64,000 bases of DNA from the NCBI GenBank assembly GCA_046536795.1, contig JAWDMB010000002.1, positions 40,831 to 104,830 of the forward strand. The letters are read 5' to 3'. A program made the translations under genes and the position numbers. Below, piece after piece: positions 20,201-28,618 of the stretch (the first letter of the stretch is position 1; every line of letters starts with the position of its first letter). Source of the DNA: Candidatus Micrarchaeota archaeon. Its GTDB lineage: Archaea > Micrarchaeota > Micrarchaeia > Micrarchaeales > CABMGC01. The notes beneath the pieces were generated by a model, which was not told the DNA's origin, did no database searches, and worked only from the letters and a program-made list of their open reading frames with translations.

Positions 20201-20848
20201 ATGGAGTTTAAGATGAATGAGGATTTACTTGATATGCCAAAAGAAGCTTATAGAAATATAGCCTCGCAGGCTGTAGAGAATATTATAGATAAGAATAGAG
20301 CAGAGAAACTTAAAGAAAGCACACCTAACAGAGAACTTCTTGAAAATCATTTAGAGACTATGAGAAACATATTAAATAGCTACGAGTACGAATTAATTAA
20401 TATACAGAAGATTCTAAGCAATACAAAAAGAATGAAGATATGGGAGGTGCAGAAATACCTTAATATAGTTGAGGCGCTCGCATTCGGATACAAGAAAATT
20501 TTGGGAAGTGAAATAGCAATACCGCTTGTTACTGGCATAGTAACAAAATCAAATGATTTATACACACTTGATAAATACTATAATATGCTTGTTGGTGAGA
20601 TTGCAAAGAAGATACATATTGCTAGTTCAAAAGCAAAGATTGAAGAGAGAAAGATTGAAGAGCTTATGCTAGAGTTGAAATATAAACAAGCAAGCATACT
20701 TAGAATATTCAAACGTGGGGAAATAGAAAGAATTAAAAGAAGGATTCAAAGCAAAAGGAGAAAGATCGACAAATATAGTGCAATCGCTGAAAACTATAAG
20801 AAGCTGTTAGATGATACTAAGGCATTTGCAGAAAGAGCAGCAAAATAA
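20201..20848 (+). CDS. Hypothetical coiled-coil protein
   Basis: 215 aa, helical and charged. I do not recognise a family. Confidence 0.4.
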   Translation: MEFKMNEDLLDMPKEAYRNIASQAVENIIDKNRAEKLKESTPNRELLENHLETMRNILNSYEYELINIQKILSNTKRMKIWEVQKYLNIVEALAFGYKKILGSEIAIPLVTGIVTKSNDLYTLDKYYNMLVGEIAKKIHIASSKAKIEERKIEELMLELKYKQASILRIFKRGEIERIKRRIQSKRRKIDKYSAIAENYKKLLDDTKAFAERAAK

Positions 20849-20889
20849 TAAAAGGTGGCACAACGAAACTTCTAGAAGGAATCTACAAA

Positions 20890-21522
20890 GTGGATGGTGT
20901 CCTGGCAAATTCTTATATAGTATTGTATGGCGATCCAACCCTAATAGATGCTGGCATGCCGAATAATGGTAGAAGGATTATTGAATACGCGAATAACCTG
21001 CATGCACAACTCAAATATATTTTGCTTACGCATGCCCATATAGACCATGCTGGAAGCGTCAGCTATCTCAAAGAAAAAACAAATGCAAAGATTGCAATAC
21101 ATGAGGCTGATGCACCATATCTAAACGGATCAAAAAAGTTTACAATGCCAAAGGGCTTCAAAGGTTTTTTGTATAGGGTGCTTTATCCATTCATTTCGCC
21201 AAAGCCTCTAGAACCAGATATAAAGCTTAAGGATGGTGATTTAATCAATGGCTTTGAAGTTATCAATATTAAAGGTCACACAGAAGGAAGTTGCGCTTTT
21301 TATCACAGAGCAACGAAATCGCTATTTATAGGAGATTCTATTAGCATGGAGACAGGCAAGCCATCACTGCCTCCAGATAGATATAATTATAATACAGAAC
21401 TGCTTAAAGAGTCTCTGAAAAAGATCCTCGATTTGGATTTTGAAAATTTTTTCCCAGGACATGGCGATCCAATAGTTGGAGAGGCGGGAAGAATTGTAAA
21501 AGAATTTGTGCATTCTTTTTAA
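20890..21522 (+). CDS. MBL-fold metallo-hydrolase
   Basis: 210 aa with the HxHxDH motif (HAHIDHAG) plus downstream His/Asp ligands. GTG start. Confidence 0.85.
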   Translation: MDGVLANSYIVLYGDPTLIDAGMPNNGRRIIEYANNLHAQLKYILLTHAHIDHAGSVSYLKEKTNAKIAIHEADAPYLNGSKKFTMPKGFKGFLYRVLYPFISPKPLEPDIKLKDGDLINGFEVINIKGHTEGSCAFYHRATKSLFIGDSISMETGKPSLPPDRYNYNTELLKESLKKILDLDFENFFPGHGDPIVGEAGRIVKEFVHSF

Positions 21523-21558
21523 AAATTTACTTAATATTTTACTAAAAGGGTATAAAAA

Positions 21559-22110
21559 ATGGATTTGGTTGCAAAAGAGCTTTTTTTCACGGAAGGTGTT
21601 GGGAGAGATACGACACCATTAGGTGCATTCGAGCAAGCATTAAGAGATGCAGGAATACAGCGATTCAACCTCGTCAGGGTATCAAGTATAATACCGCCCC
21701 ACTGCAAGATAGTAAGCAGAGAGAAGGGCTTAAAGGAGCTACACAGCGGTGCAGTCACGTTTGTAGTACTTAGCAGACTCGAATCAAATGAACCGAATAG
21801 ATTAATTGCAGCAAGCGTTGGTGCAGCAATACCAAAGGATAGGAACATGTATGGTTACTTAAGTGAATATGAGGCATTCGGAGAGAGCGATGAAGTGGCA
21901 GGAACAAAGGCGGAGGAGCTTGCCGCAAATATGCTCGCATCAGCTCTTGGCATAAATTTCAAAGCTGAGGAGAAGTGGGAAAGGAAGAAAGAGATAATTA
22001 AGATGAGCAACAAAATAGTCAAAACTACAAATATAACTCAGTCTGCGATTGTTGGAAAGGATGGCAAGTGGACATGTGTAATCGCTGCCGCGGTGTTAAT
22101 ATTAAAGTGA
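21559..22110 (+). CDS. pdaD: Pyruvoyl-dependent arginine decarboxylase
   Basis: 183 aa with the self-cleavage region NLVRVSSIIPP typical of PdaD. Confidence 0.8.
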   Translation: MDLVAKELFFTEGVGRDTTPLGAFEQALRDAGIQRFNLVRVSSIIPPHCKIVSREKGLKELHSGAVTFVVLSRLESNEPNRLIAASVGAAIPKDRNMYGYLSEYEAFGESDEVAGTKAEELAANMLASALGINFKAEEKWERKKEIIKMSNKIVKTTNITQSAIVGKDGKWTCVIAAAVLILK

Positions 22111-22210
22111 AAATTATACAACGCAATGCACCATACTAATAAAGTTCTGGCACCCTTCCCGAATAATTTGCGGCTTTCTGCCATACGTTTTGTACTTTCT
22201 TATTAGATTC

Positions 22211-22282
22211 GGGGAGCCCGAGATTTGAACTCGGGTCGCCAGGTCCCGAACCTGGAAGCCTACCAAGCTAGCAGAGCTCCCC
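22211..22282 (-). tRNA. tRNA-Pro (anticodon CGG)
   Basis: In the reverse complement the acceptor stem is GGGGAGC...GCTCCCC. The anticodon arm is CCAGG-TTCGGGA-CCTGG and the T arm is CCGAG-TTCAAAT-CTCGG. The D stem has 3 base pairs plus one mismatch. Confidence 0.85.
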
Positions 22283-23343
22283 TATAACACGATTGCACCA
22301 TTCTTATCTATAAGAACATCATCTTCTACTCTTACACCACCGAATCCAACGAGATAGATGCCGGGTTCAACAGCAAGGGTCATTCCTTTCTTTATTTTTC
22401 TATAAGGTGTATTTCCAAAAACCGATGCATCGTGCACCTCTAACCCTATACCATGGCCAAGAGCGTGTATAAACTTTCCTTTGTATACACCACCCTTATA
22501 TGAATCAATATATTTTCTAATCTCCTTTTCAACAGCATAAGCATCGACGCCTGGCTTCAGCATGTGTATAGCCATAAGTTGAACCTTTTTTACAAACTTG
22601 ATCATTTCCTCTGCGCGCTTATTAGCTCTTCCATATACAAAGGTTCTTGTTATATCTGCACAATAGTTGTTATATTTTGCACCCGTATCGATGAGCACCA
22701 GATCACCGTTATTTAGCTTTGTTTGATCTGGCATGTGATGTGGGAGTGCTGTATTTTTGCCAAATGCTACTATTGTATCAAAAGAATTTCCACTAGCACC
22801 CAAAGATTTCATTACAAAATCGACTTGCGCTGCAACCTCTAGCTCTGTCATGCCTGCCTTAATAGATTTCTGAACTTCCATTATTGCAAACTTTGTTATC
22901 GATACGGCTTTTCTTATGTTTGCTATTTCTTCTGCGCTTTTAACAAGTCTTGCTTTAATAAGGTTTTCGCTAACATCGATTATTTTACTTGGCTTGAATT
23001 TTTTTATTTTATTATAATCATTGAACGAAAGAAAGTCACCATTAACTCCTATAGATTTGCCTTTTATTACTGAAATAGCCTTTTTAAAATCTTTCTTACT
23101 TCCCAAAGCATTAATCACCTCTACCCCTTCCTTAGCTTGGGATAAAGCGGTTTCATATTCAAGTTCTGACGTAAGCACGCTTACCTTCTTTCTTGATGCG
23201 ATAAGGAAGTTGTCTTCAAATGTGCCACTAGTGAATCCTGTTAAGTACTTAAAGTTAGGGTCTTGCTCATCGCTGTTCTTAATTAGCAAAAGATTTATCT
23301 TTGCTCCAGAAAATATTTTCCTAAGCTTTGCTTCTATTTCCAT
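22282..23343 (-). CDS. Xaa-Pro aminopeptidase / M24-family peptidase
   Basis: 353 aa with M24 metal-ligand blocks (DTGAKYNNYCADITRT, HALGHGIGLEVHD, VEPGIY, RVEDDVLI). Confidence 0.9.
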   Translation of the reverse strand: MEIEAKLRKIFSGAKINLLLIKNSDEQDPNFKYLTGFTSGTFEDNFLIASRKKVSVLTSELEYETALSQAKEGVEVINALGSKKDFKKAISVIKGKSIGVNGDFLSFNDYNKIKKFKPSKIIDVSENLIKARLVKSAEEIANIRKAVSITKFAIMEVQKSIKAGMTELEVAAQVDFVMKSLGASGNSFDTIVAFGKNTALPHHMPDQTKLNNGDLVLIDTGAKYNNYCADITRTFVYGRANKRAEEMIKFVKKVQLMAIHMLKPGVDAYAVEKEIRKYIDSYKGGVYKGKFIHALGHGIGLEVHDASVFGNTPYRKIKKGMTLAVEPGIYLVGFGGVRVEDDVLIDKNGAIVL

Positions 23344-23800
23344 TCAAAAACCTCTCTATCTTATTGATTACAAATCTTTTATTTATAAGTATTTTAGAAA
23401 AATCTGTTTCTTTCTTTAGATCTTTTATGCCAACCCACTTATATGCAGAATTCTCGATATTTAACTTAACCTTCCTTGACTTTGAATAAAATATGAAACA
23501 CCTGTTTTCCCATATCCACTTTTTGGCACCATCATATAGCTTAACTTTGCACTCATATAACTTCCTTAGCATCTGCTTCTCTATCCCTACTTCTTCCCTT
23601 ATCTCACGATAAGCTGTTTCTATATATTTTTCTCCTTTTTTTCTTCCACCCGTTATAAAGAACCATATCCCCGGATTTGTCAAAAAAGGTATATTTCTTC
23701 TCTTTAGAAGTAGCACCCTCCTATTGTTTATGATTATAGCAGCAATTCCGTCCCTTTTTACGCGCTTAAGCTTGCTTTCATCTATTTTCATACAAACCAT
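23321..23800 (-). CDS. NUDIX hydrolase
   Basis: 159 aa with a complete Nudix box GGRKKGEKYIETAYREIREEVGI. Confidence 0.85.
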   Translation of the reverse strand: MVCMKIDESKLKRVKRDGIAAIIINNRRVLLLKRRNIPFLTNPGIWFFITGGRKKGEKYIETAYREIREEVGIEKQMLRKLYECKVKLYDGAKKWIWENRCFIFYSKSRKVKLNIENSAYKWVGIKDLKKETDFSKILINKRFVINKIERFLNGNRSKA

Positions 23801-23841
23801 GCAACTAAATAAATTTAATAATTAAATTATAAATTGATAGC

Positions 23842-25059
23842 ATGCAGGGGGCTGAAGAACTAAACATAATAAGGAGCCCAATAGTCTACCTTAATATGCA
23901 TGATCCCAAATTTCTCAAATATTATTATAAGATGAAGACTGTTGAGCTTATAAAAGGCGATGAGCTTAGTGGATCATCACCGCCAGATATCTTTATAGGA
24001 AGCTATGGATATCCAAATGTTTTTATATCGCCTATGGTTCCTCCTTTGCATGGCTCTACAGAGGTTCTCTCTACGCCAGAGATGTGGCGGGGAATCGATA
24101 TTCCAAAAATTGTTGAATATAGAACTCTTCTTGTGCGAGGCATGTATAGATCAAATGTGCATAATGTTGAAAAGGGAAAAGTAGAGGAACTTATAAGGGA
24201 TTTCGCCCTTGCTGAGAAAAATGTAGATGCAAATATAGAGTTTGCAAGAAAGCCAGAGTTAAGAGTAGTCTTCGACGAGAATTCACAACCTTTTGGCCCC
24301 ACTGCACCACTAAAAAATATAGAAACAGGCAACATAAGCTCTGATAAAAGGTTAGAAAAAGCTTATTCTGATACAGACATGAATGCCACAACAGCTATGC
24401 TAGAGCTTTATGAAAAAGGTGTTCCTGTTTCGAAAATACAAAAGGCTCTTTCAGCAGGTCTGCTAGGGTTAGGCAAAAATAGGAAGTTCGTACCTACAAG
24501 GTGGAGTATAACAGCGGTTGATGATACAATTTCAAAAAATAAGATAAACAATGCAAAAGAGTATGAAAGCATTGACTCGATACTAGTATATGAGAATGTT
24601 GCACTTGACAATAGATGGATAATTCTCATGGTCCCTGGAAGCTGGAGCTATGAGCTTATCGAAGCGTGGTATCCAAATACAACCTGGAATATGGGTAGCA
24701 ACGAAATAGCAATATATTCTTCTTACGAATATTTCGAAGGTAGAAGAACTTATGCTGAGATAGGCGGCTGCTACTATGCAGCTAGGCTTGCTGTTTCCGA
24801 GCTTTTTGAAAGAATAAAGAAACAAGCTATAACTATTATTCTTAGAGAAACGCACCCTGGCTATACCCTCCCAGTAGGTGTTTGGAATGTAAGAGAGCAT
24901 GTAAGGGAAGCGCTTGAAAAGGAGCCGAAAAGATTTGATACACTTACTGATGCATTCTCTTATATACATACAAAACTTGATATACCAATTGCAGACTGGA
25001 TAAAAAATAGTAGAATATTAAAAGATATATTAAACCAGCGTAGGCTCTTTGGCAGGTAA
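23842..25059 (+). CDS. nreA: Archaeal Nre-family DNA repair protein (DUF650/DUF651)
   Basis: 405 aa with the blocks SGSSPPDIFIGSYGYPNVFISP and RKFVPTRWSITAVDD, characteristic of the Nre family. The C-terminus QRRLFGR could be a degenerate PIP-like tail. Confidence 0.7.
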   Translation: MQGAEELNIIRSPIVYLNMHDPKFLKYYYKMKTVELIKGDELSGSSPPDIFIGSYGYPNVFISPMVPPLHGSTEVLSTPEMWRGIDIPKIVEYRTLLVRGMYRSNVHNVEKGKVEELIRDFALAEKNVDANIEFARKPELRVVFDENSQPFGPTAPLKNIETGNISSDKRLEKAYSDTDMNATTAMLELYEKGVPVSKIQKALSAGLLGLGKNRKFVPTRWSITAVDDTISKNKINNAKEYESIDSILVYENVALDNRWIILMVPGSWSYELIEAWYPNTTWNMGSNEIAIYSSYEYFEGRRTYAEIGGCYYAARLAVSELFERIKKQAITIILRETHPGYTLPVGVWNVREHVREALEKEPKRFDTLTDAFSYIHTKLDIPIADWIKNSRILKDILNQRRLFGR

Positions 25060-27060
25060 TGCTTCTGCTTTTATTACCATACTCTTTGTATCCCTCTTAT
25101 GCTCTGCTGGTATTAGCAGCTTGTACCTTTTACCAATTATAAGATTATCAAACGTAACTTCACCGTTTACCACAACAGCAGATGAGATCTTTTCGCCAAG
25201 ATAATAGAGCTCCACCAACTTATCGTTGTATTTGCTCCCGAGATTTAGCTTTACATTTGTATAAAAGCGCCTTGTAAAATGATCTTTAATCCTGTACTCT
25301 GGTAGATTAAATTCATTGACTTTGACAAATACAGGCCCTTCAAGAAGCCTTTCTTTACCGTTTGCATATACATAGCTCATTGCACAAACACCCCTCTCAA
25401 GATATCTTAATCTATTTGAAGCCTCTTCACCAAAGCCCAAATCAGATAAAGCAAGCTTTACAATATCTGAACTCTGCCTGAAATAGAATTTATTCTGGCA
25501 AAGTCTTCTTATTGCTGGGCTTATATCAGTAATATTATGCGTTATCAAAATTAAGCCTATGCCCTTCTTTCTAAAGTCCTGAATCCTTTCTCTAAGATCT
25601 AGCGTTGGGGCGGAAAGCTCATCACCAAAAGCAAGTTGTGCTTCCTCTAGCACTAGGAGAAGTCTTAGCTTATCGTCACCATCTTCTGCAAAGGTATCGA
25701 CTATATTGTAAACTTGATTTAGTATAAGTGCATAGAAGAAGGCTTTCATATTATTGCTTACTTCTGACAAATCAAATACAACACCGCTTTTGAAAAGTTT
25801 ATTAAAATCTATGCCGTTTCTTTGGGCAAATTCTGGTCTTGAAAGCATGAGCCTTAAATTTTCGAGAGCAGCCATTGTATTCTCACCATGCTTAGTATAC
25901 TTAACCCCAACATTTGTCCTTTTTCCATGCTGTTCGATGATTGCTTCTTCTATTGCTTCATATACATCTTGTGGGTCTGGATCTTTTGCCAGCTTATAGA
26001 CTTTATGGAATGCTGCGAGTAGAACCTTTTCAAGCGAGTTTTTATAAGGACCAGCATTAGATGCACTTGCAATCAGCATGGCAAGATTCTCATAAAATTT
26101 TTCTATAGGCAATTTAGTATCAGACTTAAAGAAATTAATACAGAAATTATTGCTAGAATAAAGCCTTATTAACTTAAGGTTGTTTTTAACAGCAAACGAA
26201 GCCCATTCTTTTGTAGGGGAGATTATAACTACACTGCTACCCGATTTAAAAGCCTGCTCTGCAATACTCATTGCAGCATAAGTTTTTCCAGTCCCGGGCA
26301 TGCCAGTTATAATGCTACCCAAATTCAATGCACTCTTATTTATACTAATATTTATGCTACTGCTTTTTATCGAATCTTCAAGAAACGCGCCTATGATTAT
26401 GTCACTACCAGTGCGTGGAAAATCGGTTTGAATTTTATCTAACCTTTTGATAAAACTTGGAAAAGAAACAAGACCAGAAGCATATTCACTGCTAATAGGT
26501 ATTGAATCTATTCCTGAGAGTTTCCCAAAAGCTTCGCCAATCGAAGAAAAGTTTATGGAGCCGAGCTCTATTGTAAAAAGGTTGGGCTCAATCAACTTGT
26601 ATAACTTATCAAAATCTTTGCTGCTTATAAGAATAAAAAACTTGTAAGAACGCCCGTTTTCAAAGATTATTTTGTTAAGCATATCCAGTATAAATTCGAG
26701 CATCTTTCTTTCATCATATTTATAAAATAGTTCCATTTGCATGCTTCCTGAATGAAGACCCAGGGTTCTTGTAAACCTAACACCATATCTGCTTAGCTTA
26801 TGTTCTACTTTCCTCTTAATATTTTCTACGTATTTTATATCTGCTGGCACGAATGCAAAGATAAGTTTGCCAGCAAAATTATATGCTAAGTTTATTACCT
26901 TCTCAACCTTGTTTATCTGCTGTGTTATAACAAATTTGAAATCACCACTTATATCATATGAAATCTTATTAAAACCGGGTTGCTGTATATTAGCATTGCA
27001 TGAAACGAGCATTCTCTTATTATCAAGTTCGTATATTAATGAAAAGGCTTCCCCTAGCAT
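25030..27060 (-). CDS. HerA/FtsK-clade P-loop ATPase (DUF87-like), last gene of the T4SS-like operon
   Basis: 676 aa with Walker A GMPGTGKT, Walker B LLLVLEEAQ and a downstream KKGIGLILITHN block. There is no TM helix. The N-terminal ~230 aa and C-terminal ~110 aa are unassigned. Confidence 0.7.
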   Translation of the reverse strand: MLGEAFSLIYELDNKRMLVSCNANIQQPGFNKISYDISGDFKFVITQQINKVEKVINLAYNFAGKLIFAFVPADIKYVENIKRKVEHKLSRYGVRFTRTLGLHSGSMQMELFYKYDERKMLEFILDMLNKIIFENGRSYKFFILISSKDFDKLYKLIEPNLFTIELGSINFSSIGEAFGKLSGIDSIPISSEYASGLVSFPSFIKRLDKIQTDFPRTGSDIIIGAFLEDSIKSSSINISINKSALNLGSIITGMPGTGKTYAAMSIAEQAFKSGSSVVIISPTKEWASFAVKNNLKLIRLYSSNNFCINFFKSDTKLPIEKFYENLAMLIASASNAGPYKNSLEKVLLAAFHKVYKLAKDPDPQDVYEAIEEAIIEQHGKRTNVGVKYTKHGENTMAALENLRLMLSRPEFAQRNGIDFNKLFKSGVVFDLSEVSNNMKAFFYALILNQVYNIVDTFAEDGDDKLRLLLVLEEAQLAFGDELSAPTLDLRERIQDFRKKGIGLILITHNITDISPAIRRLCQNKFYFRQSSDIVKLALSDLGFGEEASNRLRYLERGVCAMSYVYANGKERLLEGPVFVKVNEFNLPEYRIKDHFTRRFYTNVKLNLGSKYNDKLVELYYLGEKISSAVVVNGEVTFDNLIIGKRYKLLIPAEHKRDTKSMVIKAEALPAKEPTLV

Positions 27061-27119
27061 AAGATCAACAAACCCTTTTGCATCAAACCCTTCTTGAATA
27101 GATTCGATATTATAGAAGT

Positions 27120-27365
27120 TCAGAAAACCACCAGAAGCAATATCAAAATATTTAGCAAGGATAGCATCACAACATGCAAATCAAAATTACCGTTTAGCCT
27201 ATTTATGTAGATAAAAGCAAACAAAACCACAGGTATTACAAAGACAAGAGAGAGGTTGCCAATAAATAAGTAAACTATAGCTATTATTGGAGAGACTATA
27301 CCAAAAGCCGCAAGAAGCTTTGCATAAATGGAATTGCTATGTTTATATAATCCTCTTAGATCCAT
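27120..27365 (-). CDS. Small membrane protein (3 predicted TM helices)
   Basis: 81 aa and almost entirely hydrophobic. Its ATG overlaps the stop of the upstream 59-aa ORF. Confidence 0.55.
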   Translation of the reverse strand: MDLRGLYKHSNSIYAKLLAAFGIVSPIIAIVYLFIGNLSLVFVIPVVLFAFIYINRLNGNFDLHVVMLSLLNILILLLVVF

Positions 27366-27535
27366 AGTATCACGAGCAAAAAAACAAAAATAAGAAAGAT
27401 TATAGAAATGTGCTTTGCGCTATCACCAGTCTCACCATTTACAATATATCTTATCATATAGTAGCTTATAATGCTCAAAAGCATAAGCCCGATAATCTTT
27501 GACCCTACAACAATAATCTCACGAAGATCAAGCAT
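27356..27535 (-). CDS. Small membrane protein (59 aa, 2 predicted TM helices), not in the ORF track
   Basis: Translated by hand: MLDLREIIVVGSKIIGLMLLSIISYYMIRYIVNGETGDSAKHISIIFLIFVFLLVILWI. Its ATG at 27535 overlaps the upstream stop (ATGCTTGA), and its stop overlaps the next ATG. It exactly fills the gap in a tightly coupled operon. Confidence 0.55.
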   Translation of the reverse strand: MLDLREIIVVGSKIIGLMLLSIISYYMIRYIVNGETGDSAKHISIIFLIFVFLLVILWI

Positions 27536-27974
27536 AGCTTATCACCCGAATAGTATTGTTCAGTATATGAGCAAGAATGATACCAGAAGGTGGGGAATAT
27601 GCACATATTGTTTTGTTCAGATCCTCAATAGTAGTAAACAATGAAAGCTCTTTAATACCCCTTTTAGACATAACTTCTTTAATGTTCCAAAATGGTACTA
27701 TTGAAAGTTTTTCAAAAGCTGTCCTTACTATATCCTTTTGATTAGGAGAAATGCCATTTAATATAAGCTCATCCTTTCCAAAATCGATAAACAGATCGTA
27801 AAGTTGTTCGCTGCGCAAAACTTTATTGTCTAAGCCAGTAACTTCTTTTTCTGGCTCTAGAATCATTATCTTCTTGTTTGAATAGCTAAAACTTTTCAAA
27901 AGAACTAGTATTAATATGCCGATTCCTATCGGCATTAAACTCAAAATAAAATTTAAATAAGACTGATTTATCAT
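27528..27974 (-). CDS. Membrane-anchored protein of unknown family
   Basis: 148 aa with an N-terminal TM helix (FILSLMPIGIGILILVLL) followed by an approximately 110-aa globular domain. The ATGA start overlaps the upstream gene. Confidence 0.55.
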   Translation of the reverse strand: MINQSYLNFILSLMPIGIGILILVLLKSFSYSNKKIMILEPEKEVTGLDNKVLRSEQLYDLFIDFGKDELILNGISPNQKDIVRTAFEKLSIVPFWNIKEVMSKRGIKELSLFTTIEDLNKTICAYSPPSGIILAHILNNTIRVISYA

Positions 27975-28618
27975 TTGATCAACCTTCTACTAAGCTTAGC
28001 TTCGTTTGCTTTCTGAAATGCCTTCTCTATAATTTGCATATCTAGATTATAGCGCTTGGCTAGCTCTTCTTTATCTGCATTACCGCTAAAAAGAATTATT
28101 TCTGAAAGAAAGTCAGAAACCTTCTCCTTATATAGTGATAACTCTTTACTAAGCGTATCAACTTCATTAGCTAGAGCAATTACTTTCTTGGAAAGCAAAA
28201 CGGCAACACCACGCTCCTTATCCCATGGGCCTATTCTCTCCACCTTGATCGCATGCTGTTCGGTGTTGTATAAGAAGTGCAATAAGTTTGGGAATATTGA
28301 GCTTATATCAAAAACATATAAATCACTAAGGAGCTGCGCTAGGCTAAAAAGCCTTAAGAGGGATTCTCTTTCGAAATATTCTGTTGAGAGATTAGAATAA
28401 ATATAAAGGGTTATTCCACTCCGTGAGAGCTTTATGGTATAGACTTTTTTATTAGCATCTTCAGCAGGTTCAGCTAACATATATTCAAGCTCTGTGCCTT
28501 CACTTATAAGCTTCAAGTGGGGGTAAAAAGACATCCTTTCCTTAACCTTAGCCATACTGCACTTGACTTCTCCACTTAGAGTTATTGCACCTTTGATTAA
28601 AAATTTATTTTCGAGCAT
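27971..28618 (-). CDS. Soluble protein of unknown family in the T4SS-like operon
   Basis: 215 aa from the ATG at 28618, which is preceded by AGGTGGTG (the ORF track uses GTG at 28627). It has no TM helix and no motif I recognise. Confidence 0.5.
   Translation of the reverse strand: MLENKFLIKGAITLSGEVKCSMAKVKERMSFYPHLKLISEGTELEYMLAEPAEDANKKVYTIKLSRSGITLYIYSNLSTEYFERESLLRLFSLAQLLSDLYVFDISSIFPNLLHFLYNTEQHAIKVERIGPWDKERGVAVLLSKKVIALANEVDTLSKELSLYKEKVSDFLSEIILFSGNADKEELAKRYNLDMQIIEKAFQKANEAKLSRRLIK

Noticed and set aside
21531-21848. 105-aa minus-strand ORF overlapping the 5' half of pdaD
   Set aside because: The plus-strand protein carries the PdaD self-cleavage motif. The antisense ORF has no features.
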